IMG/VR virus record: IMGVR_UViG_3300021338_000069
Span: 1 to 28,099 of that record
Reading direction: 5' to 3' (one strand)
Length of the DNA: 28,099 nt
From: a virus
Lineage: Duplodnaviria > Caudoviricetes
The notes beneath the pieces were generated by a model. That model had not been told where the DNA came from, did not search any database, and was given only the letters and a program-made list of their open reading frames with translations. A program made the translations under genes and the position numbers. This document shows positions 7,027 to 16,261 of this stretch, one piece after another (the stretch's first letter is position 1; each line of letters opens with the position of its first letter).

Positions 7027-7110
7027 AGGGGGGGGGGTGCAAATCTCCAGAAGGAGGGTTGCAGGGACCGGCGCGGGACAGCCACTTGGAGAATTTTTTT
7101 TGACGGGAGA
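7027..7110. other. Putative cos/packaging initiation site
   Basis: Lies between HNH and terS. A G10 run (7028-7037) is followed by the imperfect inverted repeat AAATCTCCA (7041-7049) / TGGAGAATTT (7087-7096), flanking a GC-rich core and followed by a T-tract. This is the usual cos location in HK97-like phages. Confidence 0.5.
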
Positions 7111-7117
7111 AAATCGG

Positions 7118-7591
7118 ATGGGCGATCTGGACCTGTTCGGTGACCCGGTTCGTCATCCGTCTGGCCGACGGGGGCGGCCGGCGCATCGGTACTCGCAGGA
7201 AAATGCCAACAAAATCATGATGTTACTTGCTCTTGGGTGGGGCAAGGAACGGATCGCAAATGCCTGCCACATTTCTGTTCCAACGCTGAACAAGCATTAT
7301 TTTTCGATCCTGAAGACGCGCGACATGCAGCGCGATCGACTGGTCGCATGGCAGTTCCAGAAACTGGCCGCCCAGGTCGAAAAGGGAAACGTCGGCGCGA
7401 TGCGCGAGCTGAACCGGATGATCGAGAAAAACGATCAGATGAACGCATCCGCATTCCTGGATAGCGCCGCGAAACAGGGGGACAAGCCCAAGCCGAAGGG
7501 CAAGAAGGAGATCGACGCCGGCGCTGCGCAGGAGGCAGAGGAGGCGCTGGAACGCGAGCTGGGCCTTGGAGGCGAGCATGGCCCGCACTGA
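7118..7591 (+). CDS. Terminase small subunit
   Basis: GRRGRP motif and HTH-like LGWGKERIANACHISVPTLNKHY. Directly upstream of and overlapping terL, with a GGAG RBS. Confidence 0.75.
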   Translation: MGDLDLFGDPVRHPSGRRGRPAHRYSQENANKIMMLLALGWGKERIANACHISVPTLNKHYFSILKTRDMQRDRLVAWQFQKLAAQVEKGNVGAMRELNRMIEKNDQMNASAFLDSAAKQGDKPKPKGKKEIDAGAAQEAEEALERELGLGGEHGPH

Positions 7592-9284
7592 ACACCTGCC
7601 GATGTTCGCATGCCCGGACTGGTGGGAGCGGATTCAGCGCGGCGAGACGCCGATGGCAGATGTCCCGTTCAACGAGAAGCGGGCGGCCAAGGCGCTGGCG
7701 TTCTTCAACCGGCTGCGGCTGCCGGACGTGGCCGGTAACCCGCCGCTGAAAGAAGCCTGCGGCGACTGGTTCCGCGACGTGCTGGTGGCCTTTCTTGCCA
7801 GCGAGGATCCCGAGACCGGCGCGCGGCTGGTGTGGGAATGCCTGTGCATGGTCCCGAAGAAAAGCTCGAAGTCGACCTATGTCGCGGCGCTGGCGCTGAC
7901 CGCCCTCTACCTTGAGGAAACGCCGCGGGCGCAGATGCTGCTGATCGGGCCGAGCCAGAACATCAGTGCAAGGTGTTTCAAGCAGGCAAGCGACATGATC
8001 CGTTTGGATGAGATCTTAGCAAAGGTGTTTCACATCCAAGACTACTCCCGTCAAATCACAGTTCGAAATTCTGGGTCGCAGCTGCACGTCAAGACGTTCG
8101 ACACCTCTATCGTCACCGGGGAAATCCCGGTGCTGACGATCATCGACGAGCTGCACGAGCTGGGGAAAAAGAAACAGGCGGCCTCGGTCATGCAGCAGAT
8201 CCGTGGCGGCGGCATCACCATGACAGGCGGTCAGGTGATGATGATCACCACCCAGTCCGACCGGGAGCCGACCGGGATCTGGAAAGAGGAGCTGAAGAAG
8301 GCCCGCGCCATCCGGGACGGCCGTGGCGGATCGGCACCGATCATGTTGCCGGTTCTCTACGAGTTCCCGCAGGATCTGCAGAAGGACGAGGCGTTCTGGC
8401 GCAACCGGGACAACTGGCACCTGGTGCTGCCGAACCTAGATCGATCCATCAGCCGGGCGCGGCTGGAGGCGGAATACGAGAACAACGGCAGCGCATCGCC
8501 GGAGGCAGAGCAGATCTGGGTCAGCCAGCATCTGAACATCGAGATCGGTCTCGGCCTGCATTCCGAGCGCTGGGTCGGAGCCGATTACTGGCCGAAGCGG
8601 GAAACCGGCGGGCTGGACCTCGATACGCTGCTGGAGCGGTCCGAGGTGGTGGTGGCAGGCGGAGACATGGGCGGCGCCGACGACCTTGCGTCGCTTCACC
8701 TGATCGGGCGCTGTGCGCAGACGCGCCGCTGGCTGAGCTGGACGCGGGCCTGGTGTATTCCGGATGTGCTGGAGCGCCGGCAGGAAATCGCGCCGAAGCT
8801 GCGCGACCTGGAGGCGTCAGGCGACCTGGTGATCGACGAGGAGCCGACAGCGCATGTGCGCGATATCGTCGACCTTTGCGACCGCGTTCAGGCGGCCAAC
8901 CTGTTCCCGGATACGTCGGCCTTCGGGCTGGACCCATGGGGCGTTGCGGCGCTGGTGGATGAGCTGCTGGAGCGCGGCTATCCGCTGGAGTTCATCTACG
9001 GCGTCCGGCAGGGCGGCTGGCTGAGCGGCACGATCAAGGGGCTGGAGCGGCGGCTGATGGATGGCACGTTCGAGCACGGCGGCCAGCCGATCATGACCTG
9101 GGTTCTTGGCAATGCCAAAGCCGAGGCGAAGGGTAACAACGTGCTGATCACGAAGGCGCGCTCCGGGGTCGGCAAGATCGACCCGCTGATCGCGATGTTC
9201 AACGCGGCGATGCTGATGGACATGAACCCGGCGGCGGCGCGCGCCGCAGCGCTGAGCATTCCGAACGACTACATGGTGGGCTGA
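7578..9284 (+). CDS. Terminase large subunit
   Basis: Walker A variant VPKKSSKST, Walker B IIDELH, coupling motif ITTQS, nuclease motifs GDMGGADDLAS and KIDPLIA. GGAGG RBS before ATG 7578. Confidence 0.93.
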   Translation: MARTEHLPMFACPDWWERIQRGETPMADVPFNEKRAAKALAFFNRLRLPDVAGNPPLKEACGDWFRDVLVAFLASEDPETGARLVWECLCMVPKKSSKSTYVAALALTALYLEETPRAQMLLIGPSQNISARCFKQASDMIRLDEILAKVFHIQDYSRQITVRNSGSQLHVKTFDTSIVTGEIPVLTIIDELHELGKKKQAASVMQQIRGGGITMTGGQVMMITTQSDREPTGIWKEELKKARAIRDGRGGSAPIMLPVLYEFPQDLQKDEAFWRNRDNWHLVLPNLDRSISRARLEAEYENNGSASPEAEQIWVSQHLNIEIGLGLHSERWVGADYWPKRETGGLDLDTLLERSEVVVAGGDMGGADDLASLHLIGRCAQTRRWLSWTRAWCIPDVLERRQEIAPKLRDLEASGDLVIDEEPTAHVRDIVDLCDRVQAANLFPDTSAFGLDPWGVAALVDELLERGYPLEFIYGVRQGGWLSGTIKGLERRLMDGTFEHGGQPIMTWVLGNAKAEAKGNNVLITKARSGVGKIDPLIAMFNAAMLMDMNPAAARAAALSIPNDYMVG

Positions 9285-9288
9285 AACG

Positions 9289-10584
9289 ATGTTCGATTTC
9301 CTGCGGGGATCAAAGCGGGCGGAAACGCCCGCGCCGCGAGACCGCGATGCAAGCGACGATTTCTGGTTTCAGCCTGTCGGCGTGCCGACGAAATCAGGCG
9401 TGCACGTGACCGTCGACGCCGCCCGCAAGCTGCCGGTGGTGCGGGCGAGCATCAAGACGCTGATGGATTCCGTGGCCGGGCTGTCGTTTGGCGTGTTCGA
9501 GCGTGACGCCCGGGATGACCGGCACAGGGTGCGCAACCACCCCGTCGCGCGGTTGTTCGGCAACCCGAACCCGCGCGATACGTCGTTCGACTTTTTCGCG
9601 AACATGGTCGACGACCTGGCCGCCGAGGGGCAGTACCTGGCAGAGCGCATCGACCAGGATACGCCGAGGGAACAGATGTGGCGCATCGAGCGCCGCAATT
9701 ATTCCGTCGAGCTGCTGTCCGACCGGAGCCGCAGGTTCCGGGTGCGCGAACCGGGACGGCCGGAGCGCGTGCTGCTGGAGGATGAGGTCTGGTTCATCGC
9801 GGTTCCGCCGCATGTCGACGGTGTCACGGGCAATTCCGCGATCCTGCACGACGGGCGCGAGGCGATCGGGGCGGCGCTGGCGTTGCAGGCCTACGGCGCG
9901 CGGTTCTTCGAGAACGACGCCACGCCGCCGTTCGTGTTCAAGCATTCCGGTCATTTCGACGGGGAGGAGTCGAAGCGGAATTTCCTGAACGCCTGGCAGC
10001 GATGGTTCGGCGGCCGCAACCGCGGCAAGCCCGGGGTTCTGGAGTACGGCATGGATATCCAGCAGCTCGGCGCCACGAACGAGCAGTCGCAGTTCCTGGA
10101 GACGCGCAAGGAACTGTGGTCGGACATCGCCAGGCTGTGGCGGGTGCCGCCGCACAAGGTTGGCATCCTCGACAAGGCGACGTTCAGCAATATCGAACAG
10201 CAGGCGCTGGAGTTCGTGACCGACACGCTGGGGCCATGGCTGGAGCTGATCGAGCGCAGCGCCGACAAGACGTTCCTCATGCCCGGGGAATATTTCGAGT
10301 TCAATGTGGCCAGCCTTCTGCGCGGGGACATCAAGGCGCGCTACGAGGCCTATTCCCTGGCGCGTCAATGGGGCTGGCTGAGCGTCAACGAGATTCGGCG
10401 GCTGGAGAACATGAACGGAATCGGGACGGCCGGAGACAGGTTTATCGAACCGCTGAACATGGCGCCGGCCGGGAGTCCGCGCGACAGCGGGCAGAGTACA
10501 GAGGCCGCGATCGCGTTTCTGCGCCACAGCGTGGCGCGCAACGGCGGTCGTCCGAAACTGGAGGTGGTGAAAAATGCCGCATGA
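9289..10584 (+). CDS. Portal protein, HK97 family
   Basis: HPVARLFGNPNP, RFFENDATP, QFLETRK, IARLWRVPPHKVG, ATFSNIEQQ, LLRGD and SVNEIRRLEN motifs. Confidence 0.95.
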   Translation: MFDFLRGSKRAETPAPRDRDASDDFWFQPVGVPTKSGVHVTVDAARKLPVVRASIKTLMDSVAGLSFGVFERDARDDRHRVRNHPVARLFGNPNPRDTSFDFFANMVDDLAAEGQYLAERIDQDTPREQMWRIERRNYSVELLSDRSRRFRVREPGRPERVLLEDEVWFIAVPPHVDGVTGNSAILHDGREAIGAALALQAYGARFFENDATPPFVFKHSGHFDGEESKRNFLNAWQRWFGGRNRGKPGVLEYGMDIQQLGATNEQSQFLETRKELWSDIARLWRVPPHKVGILDKATFSNIEQQALEFVTDTLGPWLELIERSADKTFLMPGEYFEFNVASLLRGDIKARYEAYSLARQWGWLSVNEIRRLENMNGIGTAGDRFIEPLNMAPAGSPRDSGQSTEAAIAFLRHSVARNGGRPKLEVVKNAA

Positions 10585-11506
10585 AATCGAACGGCTGCTG
10601 CGGGCAGCCGGGCAGGGGGTCTGGCTGATCGAGCCCCAGAAGGCCGAGGCCATCGTGTCGGCCATCGCACTGAGGGCACGGATGGGGCCCCGCGCCGAGC
10701 CCGCCTTCGATGAGCGACCGAAAGCGGAGATCTCAGGTGAGGTCAGCGCCGGTCAGAAAACCATTCGCGTCCTGCGCCTGATGGGAACCATCCTGCCGCG
10801 TGGAAACATGATGGCGGATATCAGTGGTCCCGGGGCGGCGAACCTGGTTGCCTTCCAGCGCGCGTTTCGCCAGGCCGCGGAAGACAGCGGCACGTCGGCC
10901 ATCGTCATCGAGATCGACAGCCCGGGCGGGCAGATCGACCTGGTGCCGGAAACGGCGGCGATGATCCGGGCGGCGCGGCGGGCAGATCGTCCGATCGTCG
11001 CGGTGGCGAATACGCTTGCCGCCAGCGCGGCATACTGGATCGCGAGCGCGGCGGATGAGCTGGTGGTGACGCCGTCCGGAACGGTCGGCTCCATCGGTGT
11101 CTACATGTTGCACCGGGATGTCAGTGCCGCGCTGCAGGCGCAGGGCATTGCCCCAACCTTCATTTTCGAGGGGGCGCGGAAAGTCGAGGGCAACCCGTTC
11201 GAGCCGCTGGACGACGCGGCGCGCAAGGCCCTGCAGGCGGATGTGCGGTCGGCCTACGAGGCCTTCACCAAGGATGTCGCCAAGGCGCGCGGCGTTCCGG
11301 TGTCGGTTGTCCGGGCTGATCCTGAAACATCTGAGCGGCATATGGGCGGCGGTCGCGCCTACGGGGCCCAGGAGGCTGTCCGCCTCGGTATGGCCGATCG
11401 TGTCGCAACGCTGGATGAGACGATCCAGCGGCTCGCGCGCGGCGGCAAGACGGGCCGCGGCCGCCGCAATGCCAGCCTGGCGCGGCAGAGGATGAACCTG
11501 CTCTGA
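10574..11506 (+). CDS. Prohead maturation protease, S49 (SppA/lambda gpC-like)
   Basis: IDSPGG, AASAAYWIAS, GSIGVY and GMADRVATL motifs. Confidence 0.93.
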   Translation: MPHEIERLLRAAGQGVWLIEPQKAEAIVSAIALRARMGPRAEPAFDERPKAEISGEVSAGQKTIRVLRLMGTILPRGNMMADISGPGAANLVAFQRAFRQAAEDSGTSAIVIEIDSPGGQIDLVPETAAMIRAARRADRPIVAVANTLAASAAYWIASAADELVVTPSGTVGSIGVYMLHRDVSAALQAQGIAPTFIFEGARKVEGNPFEPLDDAARKALQADVRSAYEAFTKDVAKARGVPVSVVRADPETSERHMGGGRAYGAQEAVRLGMADRVATLDETIQRLARGGKTGRGRRNASLARQRMNLL

Positions 11507-11597
11507 TCAATCGAACCACGACCTGAAGGTCACCAAAGCGATGCGCGCCGGGCGCATCGTCAAGGGATGGCGTGTTCCCGGCATGATGGAGGGACCC

Positions 11598-12875
11598 ATG
11601 AAAAAGCTCGCGGAGCTGAAGAATAAGCTGGCCGACCTTAAGGCGGATGGCATCAAACTGGTCGATGCGGCCGAAAACGAAGGTCGCGAAATGACGGCCG
11701 AGGAACAGGACCGTTACGACAGCATCGTGGCGAATATCGAGGCCACCAACGCCGAGATCGCCGGTATCGAAAAGCTGGCCGAACAGCGCCGGACCATGGA
11801 GGCCGTCGTGACCACCCCCGGTGGCGGGCGCAACGCGGTGCACGATCCGAACCCGGAAACCACCGGCGGCTTCAAGAGCCTCGGCGAATTTGCGCATGCC
11901 GTCCGCAATGCGCAGGTTAGCGGCAATGTCGACCGCCGCTTGTTCGGTGCGCCGACCAATGTGCATGAGGGCGGCGCATCGAGCGGCGAGGGGTACATGG
12001 TGCCGTCCGAGTTCAGCGACGGCATTTTCGAGGTCGTCGCGGATCTGGATGAGTTCGGTCCGCTGGTCGACGAAGAGCCCACGTCCAAGCGCGAGGTGAA
12101 GTCGATTGCCGACGAGACCACGCCCTGGGGGTCCAGCGGCGTGCAGGCAAGCTGGCGCAGCGAGGGCAAGCAGATGTCTCCCTCGAAGCTGGTCACTGAC
12201 CCGCGCAGTCTGCCGCTCCATGAGTGCTACGCATTTGTTCTGTGCACAGACGAGCTGATGGAGGATGCGCCGCTCATGCAGTCGCGGATGACCCGCAAGG
12301 CGGGCCAGGCAATCGCGTGGAAGAAGAACAACGCGATGGTCTACGGCAGCGGTGTGGGCCGCCCGCTGGGCTGGATGGAATCCAATGCGCTGGTCACGGT
12401 CCCGAAAGAGGGCAGCCAGTCGGCCGACACGCTGCTGGCGGCAAACGTGCTGAAGATGTATTCGCGGCTGCTGGTTCTTCCCGGCGACAGCCCGTTCTGG
12501 CTGACCAACCGCGACACCATCCCGCAGCTTGCGACCATGACCATCGGCGACAAGCCGATCTGGATGCCGCCGAACGGCCTGATGGACGCGCCCGGCGGCA
12601 TGCTGATGGGCTACCCGGTTCGGTTCAGCGAGCACGCCAAGACGCTGGGCGATCTTGGCGACCTGCAGCTGATCTCGCCGAAGGGCTACCACGCGCTGCG
12701 CCGCGAGGCCGGGCCGAAATTCGCGCAGTCGATGCACCTTTACTTCGACTACGCGATCGAGGCGTTCCGGTGGACCTTCCGCTTTGGCGGTCAGCCGCAT
12801 CTGTCGGCGCCGGTGAGCCCGGCCAACGGGTCCGCCACCAAGTCGCACTTCGTCGCGCTGGCTGAGCGGGCCTGA
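11598..12875 (+). CDS. Major capsid protein, HK97 fold with an N-terminal coiled-coil delta domain
   Basis: GGAGG RBS then ATG 11598, coiled-coil N-terminus, GEGYMVP, TDELMED, GSGVGRPLG and LMGYPV motifs. Follows the protease. Confidence 0.93.
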   Translation: MKKLAELKNKLADLKADGIKLVDAAENEGREMTAEEQDRYDSIVANIEATNAEIAGIEKLAEQRRTMEAVVTTPGGGRNAVHDPNPETTGGFKSLGEFAHAVRNAQVSGNVDRRLFGAPTNVHEGGASSGEGYMVPSEFSDGIFEVVADLDEFGPLVDEEPTSKREVKSIADETTPWGSSGVQASWRSEGKQMSPSKLVTDPRSLPLHECYAFVLCTDELMEDAPLMQSRMTRKAGQAIAWKKNNAMVYGSGVGRPLGWMESNALVTVPKEGSQSADTLLAANVLKMYSRLLVLPGDSPFWLTNRDTIPQLATMTIGDKPIWMPPNGLMDAPGGMLMGYPVRFSEHAKTLGDLGDLQLISPKGYHALRREAGPKFAQSMHLYFDYAIEAFRWTFRFGGQPHLSAPVSPANGSATKSHFVALAERA

Positions 12876-12903
12876 TCCTGACGCCGGTCTGAGGCCGGTA
12901 CCT

Positions 12904-12937
12904 GCGCGGGGCGTTCTGTCCCGCGCGCTTTCCTTTC
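12904..12937 (+). terminator. Terminator/attenuator-like hairpin after the capsid gene
   Basis: GCGCGGG (12904-12910) pairs with CCCGCGC (12920-12926), followed by GCTTTCCTTTC. Confidence 0.5.
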
Positions 12938-12955
12938 TGTTTCGGAGACTGAGAC

Positions 12956-13414
12956 ATGACCCAGAAAACCGTACCCATGGCGCATCGCGATGCGCTCCTC
13001 GGCGCCATCGATCCGGATGCCTACGCCGCAGGAACCGTCACCACCGGCTGGATCTCCGCCAAGAACTTTCAGAGTTTCATGGCGATCGTTATGGCCGGCG
13101 ATCTCGGCACCAGCGCGACGCTGGATGCCAAGATCGAACAGGCCACCGATTCCAGCGGCACCGGCGCGAAGGACCTGTCCGGCGCGGCCATCACCCAGCT
13201 GACCGAGGCCGGGTCCGATTCCAACAAGCAGGCCACGATTTCGTTCGGCGCCGACGATCTCGATATCGCCAACAACTTCACCCACTTCCGCCTGTCGATG
13301 ACCGTCGCGACCGCCGCGAGCGATGCCGGCGGTCTGGTGATCGGCAGCGACGCGCGGATCGGCAAGGCGAGCGCCGGTGACGCCGCAAGCGTCGACGAGG
13401 TGGTGATCGTCTGA
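12956..13414 (+). CDS. Putative capsid decoration/virion structural protein
   Basis: Beta-rich, Ala/Thr/Gly-rich 152 aa directly after the capsid gene, with a GGAG RBS. Confidence 0.65.
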   Translation: MTQKTVPMAHRDALLGAIDPDAYAAGTVTTGWISAKNFQSFMAIVMAGDLGTSATLDAKIEQATDSSGTGAKDLSGAAITQLTEAGSDSNKQATISFGADDLDIANNFTHFRLSMTVATAASDAGGLVIGSDARIGKASAGDAASVDEVVIV

Positions 13415-13428
13415 TCGCCACGGACCAT

Positions 13429-13463
13429 TGCCGGCGCGCCGGTTTATGGCGCGCCGACATTTT
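13429..13463 (+). terminator. Hairpin plus short T tract
   Basis: CGGCGCGCC (13432-13440) pairs with GGCGCGCCG (13448-13456), followed by ACATTTT. Confidence 0.45.
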
Positions 13464-13481
13464 CATGATGAGGACAGCAAG

Positions 13482-13697
13482 ATGACCCAGAAAACCCAGA
13501 AGCCCGGCGGGGCGGCAAAGACTTCCGCGAAAGTTCCGGAAGGTCACGCCGAGGTCGTTTTCCTGCGTAACCACGAGGTGCAGGACGAATTGCGCGGAAC
13601 CGAGCGCGCCACGAAATTCACCGCCGGTGAAAAGAAGATCCTGCCGCAGGCGTCGGCGGATCATTTCGTCGCGCGCAGCATTGCCGAGCTGGTCTGA
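13482..13697 (+). CDS. Small head-region hypothetical protein (71 aa)
   Basis: GAGGA RBS then ATG 13482. The C-terminus ASADHFVARSIAELV resembles small post-capsid proteins. Confidence 0.65.
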   Translation: MTQKTQKPGGAAKTSAKVPEGHAEVVFLRNHEVQDELRGTERATKFTAGEKKILPQASADHFVARSIAELV

Positions 13698-13703
13698 TCG
13701 GTC

Positions 13704-14279
13704 ATGGCGCTGATCGACGTTCCAGGGTCCGGGCCGGCTGTTGAGCCGGTGACTGTGGCGGAGGCAAAGCTGCATTGCAGGGTCGACGGGACGGCGTTTG
13801 ACGATGCCTTCGATCGTCTGATCAAGGCATCCCGGCGACATGTTGAGCGGTTCCTGCATCGCCGACTGATCACGCAGACCGTGCAGTTGCGGCTGTCCGG
13901 GCTGGGACGTGCGATCACATTGCCGATCGGGCCGGTGCAGTCGATCGAAAGTATCACCTATCTGGATACCGCGAATGTCAGCCAGACCCTGGCGGCGGAT
14001 CAGTACCGTCTGGACATGGCGTCGGTTCCCAACCGGATTGTTCCGGCCCACCTGGTGACATGGCCGTCGGTGCTGCCTGATGTGGACACGGTCGCGGTCA
14101 ATGCCGTGGTCGGGTACGGCGATGCGGCGGACGATGTTCCGGATGATATCAGGGAAGCGATCCTGAAGATCGTGGCGTTCTGGCATGACAACCCGGAGGC
14201 CGTGGTGACGGGCGCCATCGCAACCGAGCTGCCGCTTGCCTTCCGGGCAATGCTGGTGCCGTACGTTCTCTGGGTGTGA
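13704..14279 (+). CDS. Head-tail connector (gp6-like, phiE125 gp8 type)
   Basis: PAVEPVTVAEAKLHCRVD, RRLITQT and GYGDAADDVPDDIREAILKIVAFWHDNPE motifs. Confidence 0.9.
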   Translation: MALIDVPGSGPAVEPVTVAEAKLHCRVDGTAFDDAFDRLIKASRRHVERFLHRRLITQTVQLRLSGLGRAITLPIGPVQSIESITYLDTANVSQTLAADQYRLDMASVPNRIVPAHLVTWPSVLPDVDTVAVNAVVGYGDAADDVPDDIREAILKIVAFWHDNPEAVVTGAIATELPLAFRAMLVPYVLWV

Positions 14280-14280
14280 G

Positions 14281-14616
14281 ATGTCACGCATCGGCCGCCT
14301 CGATCAACGGATCACGTTCCAGTCCTTTACCACCGCGCCTGACGGCGCCGGCGGAAAGGTGAAGACGTGGGCCGACCTGGGCAGCGTTCCGACCGTCTGG
14401 GCGCAGGTCGTGCCGGGCGGAGGCGGCGAGCGGTTCGAGGAGGAGCGGCAGGCTGCGCGGCAGTCTGTGACGTTCCGGGTCAGGACGCGCGCCGACCTTA
14501 CCGAGGCGATGCGCATCCTGTGGGATGGCGTCGCCTACAACATCCGGTCCCTTCCTGACATCGGGACGCGGGAGCCGTACATGCGGATCGAGACTGAGCG
14601 GGGGGTGGGATCGTGA
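14281..14616 (+). CDS. Head closure/head-tail adaptor (SPP1 gp16-like)
   Basis: IGRLDQRITFQ...PDGAGG...TVWAQV and MRILWDGVAYNI motifs. Confidence 0.88.
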   Translation: MSRIGRLDQRITFQSFTTAPDGAGGKVKTWADLGSVPTVWAQVVPGGGGERFEEERQAARQSVTFRVRTRADLTEAMRILWDGVAYNIRSLPDIGTREPYMRIETERGVGS

Positions 14617-15026
14617 AGACGAAGGTTGAGGTGCGCGGCATCGACGACATCAACGCGCTGCTGGGCACGGTGGCACCGCGCGAGGCCAGCAACATCATGC
14701 GCGCCACGGTCCACGGCATTGCCGGAACCATTCGTGACGACGCCAAGAAGGATGCGCCGGAGGACGAGGGCGACCTGGTCGCCAACATCAAGGCCAAGCG
14801 GCGGAAGGTGCGCCGCGGGCTGATCAGGTCCGACGTGATCGTGGGGCTGCGCGCGTTCTACTGGCGGTTCCTGGAGTACGGGCAGGGGCCTGACGGGGTG
14901 GAGCATGCCTTTTTCGCCAGTGCCGTGGAGCGGTTCCGGCTGCGGATGGCGGATGTTCTGTCGACGCAGTTCGGAAAGAAATGGGAGGCGGCCATGAAAC
15001 GTGCCGCAAAGCGCCGCGGTGGTTGA
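14613..15026 (+). CDS. HK97 gp10-family morphogenesis protein
   Basis: VEVRGIDDI, APEDEGDL and FYWRFLEYG motifs, plus synteny. Confidence 0.85.
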   Translation: MKTKVEVRGIDDINALLGTVAPREASNIMRATVHGIAGTIRDDAKKDAPEDEGDLVANIKAKRRKVRRGLIRSDVIVGLRAFYWRFLEYGQGPDGVEHAFFASAVERFRLRMADVLSTQFGKKWEAAMKRAAKRRGG

Positions 15027-15420
15027 GGCGGCGCTGCAGACCGCGCTCTACACGCGCCTCGCGGCGGCCAGTCTGGGCGTCGCGGGCGTTTACGATGTGG
15101 CGCCGCAGGCTGACGACGGCGGCGACGCGGCCGCGTTTCCCTACGTGGTGATGGGCCGCGCGATCACCAGCGGGATGGATACGAAATCGACGCCGGGGTT
15201 TTCGGTGCTGATCCGGATCCACACTTTCAGCCGGGCTGGCCGCACCCTGGAGTGCAAGACGATCCAGGGTGCGCTCTATACCGCGCTGCACCGCCAGTCG
15301 CTGGCCGTCAGCGGGCATTCGAATTTCGTCCTCGCGCGGGAGAGCAGCGATTGCTGGCCCGACGCTGATGGCAAGGTTCACGGGGTCTGCGAGTACCGCG
15401 CCCTGATCGAAAGCGCCTGA
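15001..15420 (+). CDS. Tail terminator/completion protein (DUF3168-like)
   Basis: ALQTALYTRL, VYDVAP, FPYVVMG and HGVCEYRALIE motifs. The exact start is uncertain (GTG 15001 or 15019). Confidence 0.85.
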   Translation: MPQSAAVVEAALQTALYTRLAAASLGVAGVYDVAPQADDGGDAAAFPYVVMGRAITSGMDTKSTPGFSVLIRIHTFSRAGRTLECKTIQGALYTALHRQSLAVSGHSNFVLARESSDCWPDADGKVHGVCEYRALIESA

Positions 15421-15446
15421 CCGGCGCGCAATCAATGGAGTGAGAG

Positions 15447-15845
15447 ATGGCCAAGAATCCCGGGCGCGATTGCCTGATCAAGAAGGGCGGAACGGCGATT
15501 GCCGGACTGCTGACAAACACCATCAGCGTCGCCGGTGAGCCGATCGACATCACCGACAAGGGCGACGCCGGCGTGGTCGATTACCTCGACGATACGATGA
15601 CCGGCCTGCAGCTGGAGATCACCGGCGAGGGGTACGAGGAGGACAATGTCCTGCGCGATCTCGCGCTCGGTGCGGTCAGCGGAAAGTTCCTGTCCGATCT
15701 GACCTATGATTTCGGCAACGGCGATACTATCTCCGGCAATTTCGTGATGACCTCGTATTCCGAAACGGCAGCCGACGAGGATGGCGAGAAGTTCAACGTG
15801 ACCTTCAAGTCGAAGGGCGCCTGGACCTTCACCGCGGCGGTCTGA
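15447..15845 (+). CDS. Tail tube (major tail) protein, TP901-1/GTA-like
   Basis: GRDCLIK, EPIDITDK and GNFVMTSYSE motifs, 132 aa, plus synteny. Confidence 0.88.
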   Translation: MAKNPGRDCLIKKGGTAIAGLLTNTISVAGEPIDITDKGDAGVVDYLDDTMTGLQLEITGEGYEEDNVLRDLALGAVSGKFLSDLTYDFGNGDTISGNFVMTSYSETAADEDGEKFNVTFKSKGAWTFTAAV

Positions 15846-15847
15846 GC

Positions 15848-16261
15848 ATGGCGGGGAAATTCGAGCCCGTCACCCTGAGCTGGAAGGGTGAGCAGTTCGT
15901 CGTGGCCCCGGAGCGCACCCTGCCGCTGATCGCGGCGATCGAGGACGCGCTGATGGGGCCGGGCGGCGAGCCGCCGGTCGCCATGCTGACCCGCCAGGGC
16001 GGACCGGGCTACGCACGGTTGTCTGCCGCCTACGGGGCCGCGCTGCGCTATGCCGGGGCGCAGGTGACGGACGAGGAGATCTACACCTCGATCCAGGAGG
16101 ATTTCGCCGCTTCCGACAACTCGGTGGCGGTCAAGGTACAGGGCGCGATCCTGGGTCTGCTGGCGATCATCTCGCCGCCGGTCTCAGCCAAGCTGACGGG
16201 TGGCGCCGCCAAAAAAAAGCCGGCGCCGAAAAGGGCGAAGAAGAACCCGGGCAAGGCATAG
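15848..16261 (+). CDS. Tail assembly chaperone (gpG-like)
   Basis: Sits between tail tube and tape measure. Contains the slippery heptamer A_AAA_AAG at 16213-16219. Confidence 0.8.
   Translation: MAGKFEPVTLSWKGEQFVVAPERTLPLIAAIEDALMGPGGEPPVAMLTRQGGPGYARLSAAYGAALRYAGAQVTDEEIYTSIQEDFAASDNSVAVKVQGAILGLLAIISPPVSAKLTGGAAKKKPAPKRAKKNPGKA

Noticed and set aside
7028-7037. G10 homopolymer as a phase-variation switch
   Set aside because: It is intergenic, after the HNH stop, and G-runs are common beside cos regions. No frame would be affected.
7099-8055. 11-bp inverted match TTTGACGGGAG between the cos region and terL
   Set aside because: A single 11-mer match about 1 kb apart is not significant in a window of this size.
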